DNA of 64,000 nt, taken from assembly GCA_031262625.1 (NCBI GenBank), contig JAISHJ010000007.1, forward strand, positions 516 to 64,515. The letters run 5' to 3'. Below the pieces are notes generated by a model, which saw only the letters and a list, made by a program, of their open reading frames with translations, had not been told where the DNA came from and did no database searches. Below are positions 63,665-64,000 of the stretch, piece by piece. Made by a program: the position numbers and the translations under genes. This DNA comes from Ruminococcus sp. GTDB lineage: Bacteria; Bacillota; Clostridia; Oscillospirales; Ruminococcaceae. How positions within the stretch are numbered: the first letter of the stretch is position 1; the number at the start of each line of letters is the position of its first letter.

Positions 63665-64000
63665 TTACTCCTTTTTATCGCTGTTTTCGTCGGAATTTAC
63701 GTCGTTGTTTTCGTCGCTTTCACCCGAACTTACATCGGAAATTTCACCGCTTTTTTTCTCCGGATTTTCGAGAGATTTTGGAGCAGTGATATCTATTTCA
63801 TCATCATCAATTAGTTTTTCATCATCACGAAGTTCCGCTTCAAATTCGCGGGTTTTTTCTGCACGCTTAGCTGCTTTTTTATCGGCAGCCGCCTTTTCGC
63901 GAGCGTTAACCTCGGCGATAATAGCCGCCGCTTCTTCGGTATCTTTATAAAGCGGTTTGGGATTTTTCTTCGTACGAATTGTAAAAACTATAATTAAAGC
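63665..64000 (-). CDS. Partial hypothetical protein (TM helix then acidic/lysine-rich tail); N-terminus beyond the window end
   Basis: My own translation of the open minus-strand frame is ...ALIIVFTIRTKKNPKPLYKDTEEAAAIIAEVNAREKAAADKKAAKRAEKTREFEAELRDDEKLIDDDEIDITAPKSLENPEKKSGEISDVSSGESDENNDVNSDENSDKKE-stop (TAA at 63665-63667). Confidence 0.45.
   Translation of the reverse strand, partial: ALIIVFTIRTKKNPKPLYKDTEEAAAIIAEVNAREKAAADKKAAKRAEKTREFEAELRDDEKLIDDDEIDITAPKSLENPEKKSGEISDVSSGESDENNDVNSDENSDKKE

Overview
This is a 64-kb chromosomal window from a moderate-GC Firmicute. It is probably a spore-forming Clostridia of the Oscillospiraceae/Ruminococcaceae type; that is an inference from spoVAC, a CIRCE operator, a type-A-like RNase P RNA and the overall gene content.

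Most of the window is housekeeping:
- Stable RNAs: RNase P RNA, a short SRP RNA, tmRNA, tRNA-Leu and two tRNA-Gln.
- A complete arginine operon, argC-J-B-D-F-(29-aa sORF)-G-H.
- ffs-(TPR gene)-dnaX-ybaB-(membrane ORF)-recR.
- acn-(DUF3795-like)-icd, pfk and a K+/H+ antiporter.
- htpG behind a perfect CIRCE element.
- cysE-cysS and folD.
- Two CUT1-type sugar ABC loci, one next to a GH3 glycosidase.
- A 5'-nucleotidase, an SLH surface protein, an ECF sigma/anti-sigma pair, and a pyridoxal kinase with an ECF S-component.

Accessory or unusual content:
1. The left edge (1-3325) is the integrase-proximal end of an element integrated at the 3' end of tRNA-Leu. It carries a tyrosine integrase, an excisionase-like HTH protein and a partial C5 DNA methyltransferase.
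2. The most interesting locus is at 43.77-46.72 kb. A 194-aa catalytic-core-only tyrosine recombinase sits beside three lox-like sites: a 29-bp perfect inverted pair plus a third, directly oriented site. They bracket a ~180-bp segment that carries orientation-dependent intrinsic terminators. A near-consensus promoter upstream reads antisense through the recombinase gene, and an AT-rich three-gene operon of uncharacterised membrane/lipoproteins lies downstream, abutting ssrA. I read this as a probable phase-variation (invertible terminator) switch.
3. A GC-rich, ORF-free leader of about 320 nt with promoter, structured core and terminator hairpin lies ahead of a 163-aa mini-MCP and a YjfB-like motility sORF. 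This is a riboswitch-like candidate whose class I could not assign.
4. One operon fuses two sugar-type ABC permeases with a HlyD-like adaptor, a MacB-periplasmic-domain protein lacking an FtsX domain, and an 851-aa lipoprotein binding protein.
5. A phased array of GTATACGC 17-mers lies beside an XRE regulator.

No CRISPR array, rRNA or transposase was seen. All family assignments come from reading motifs by eye; no searches were run.
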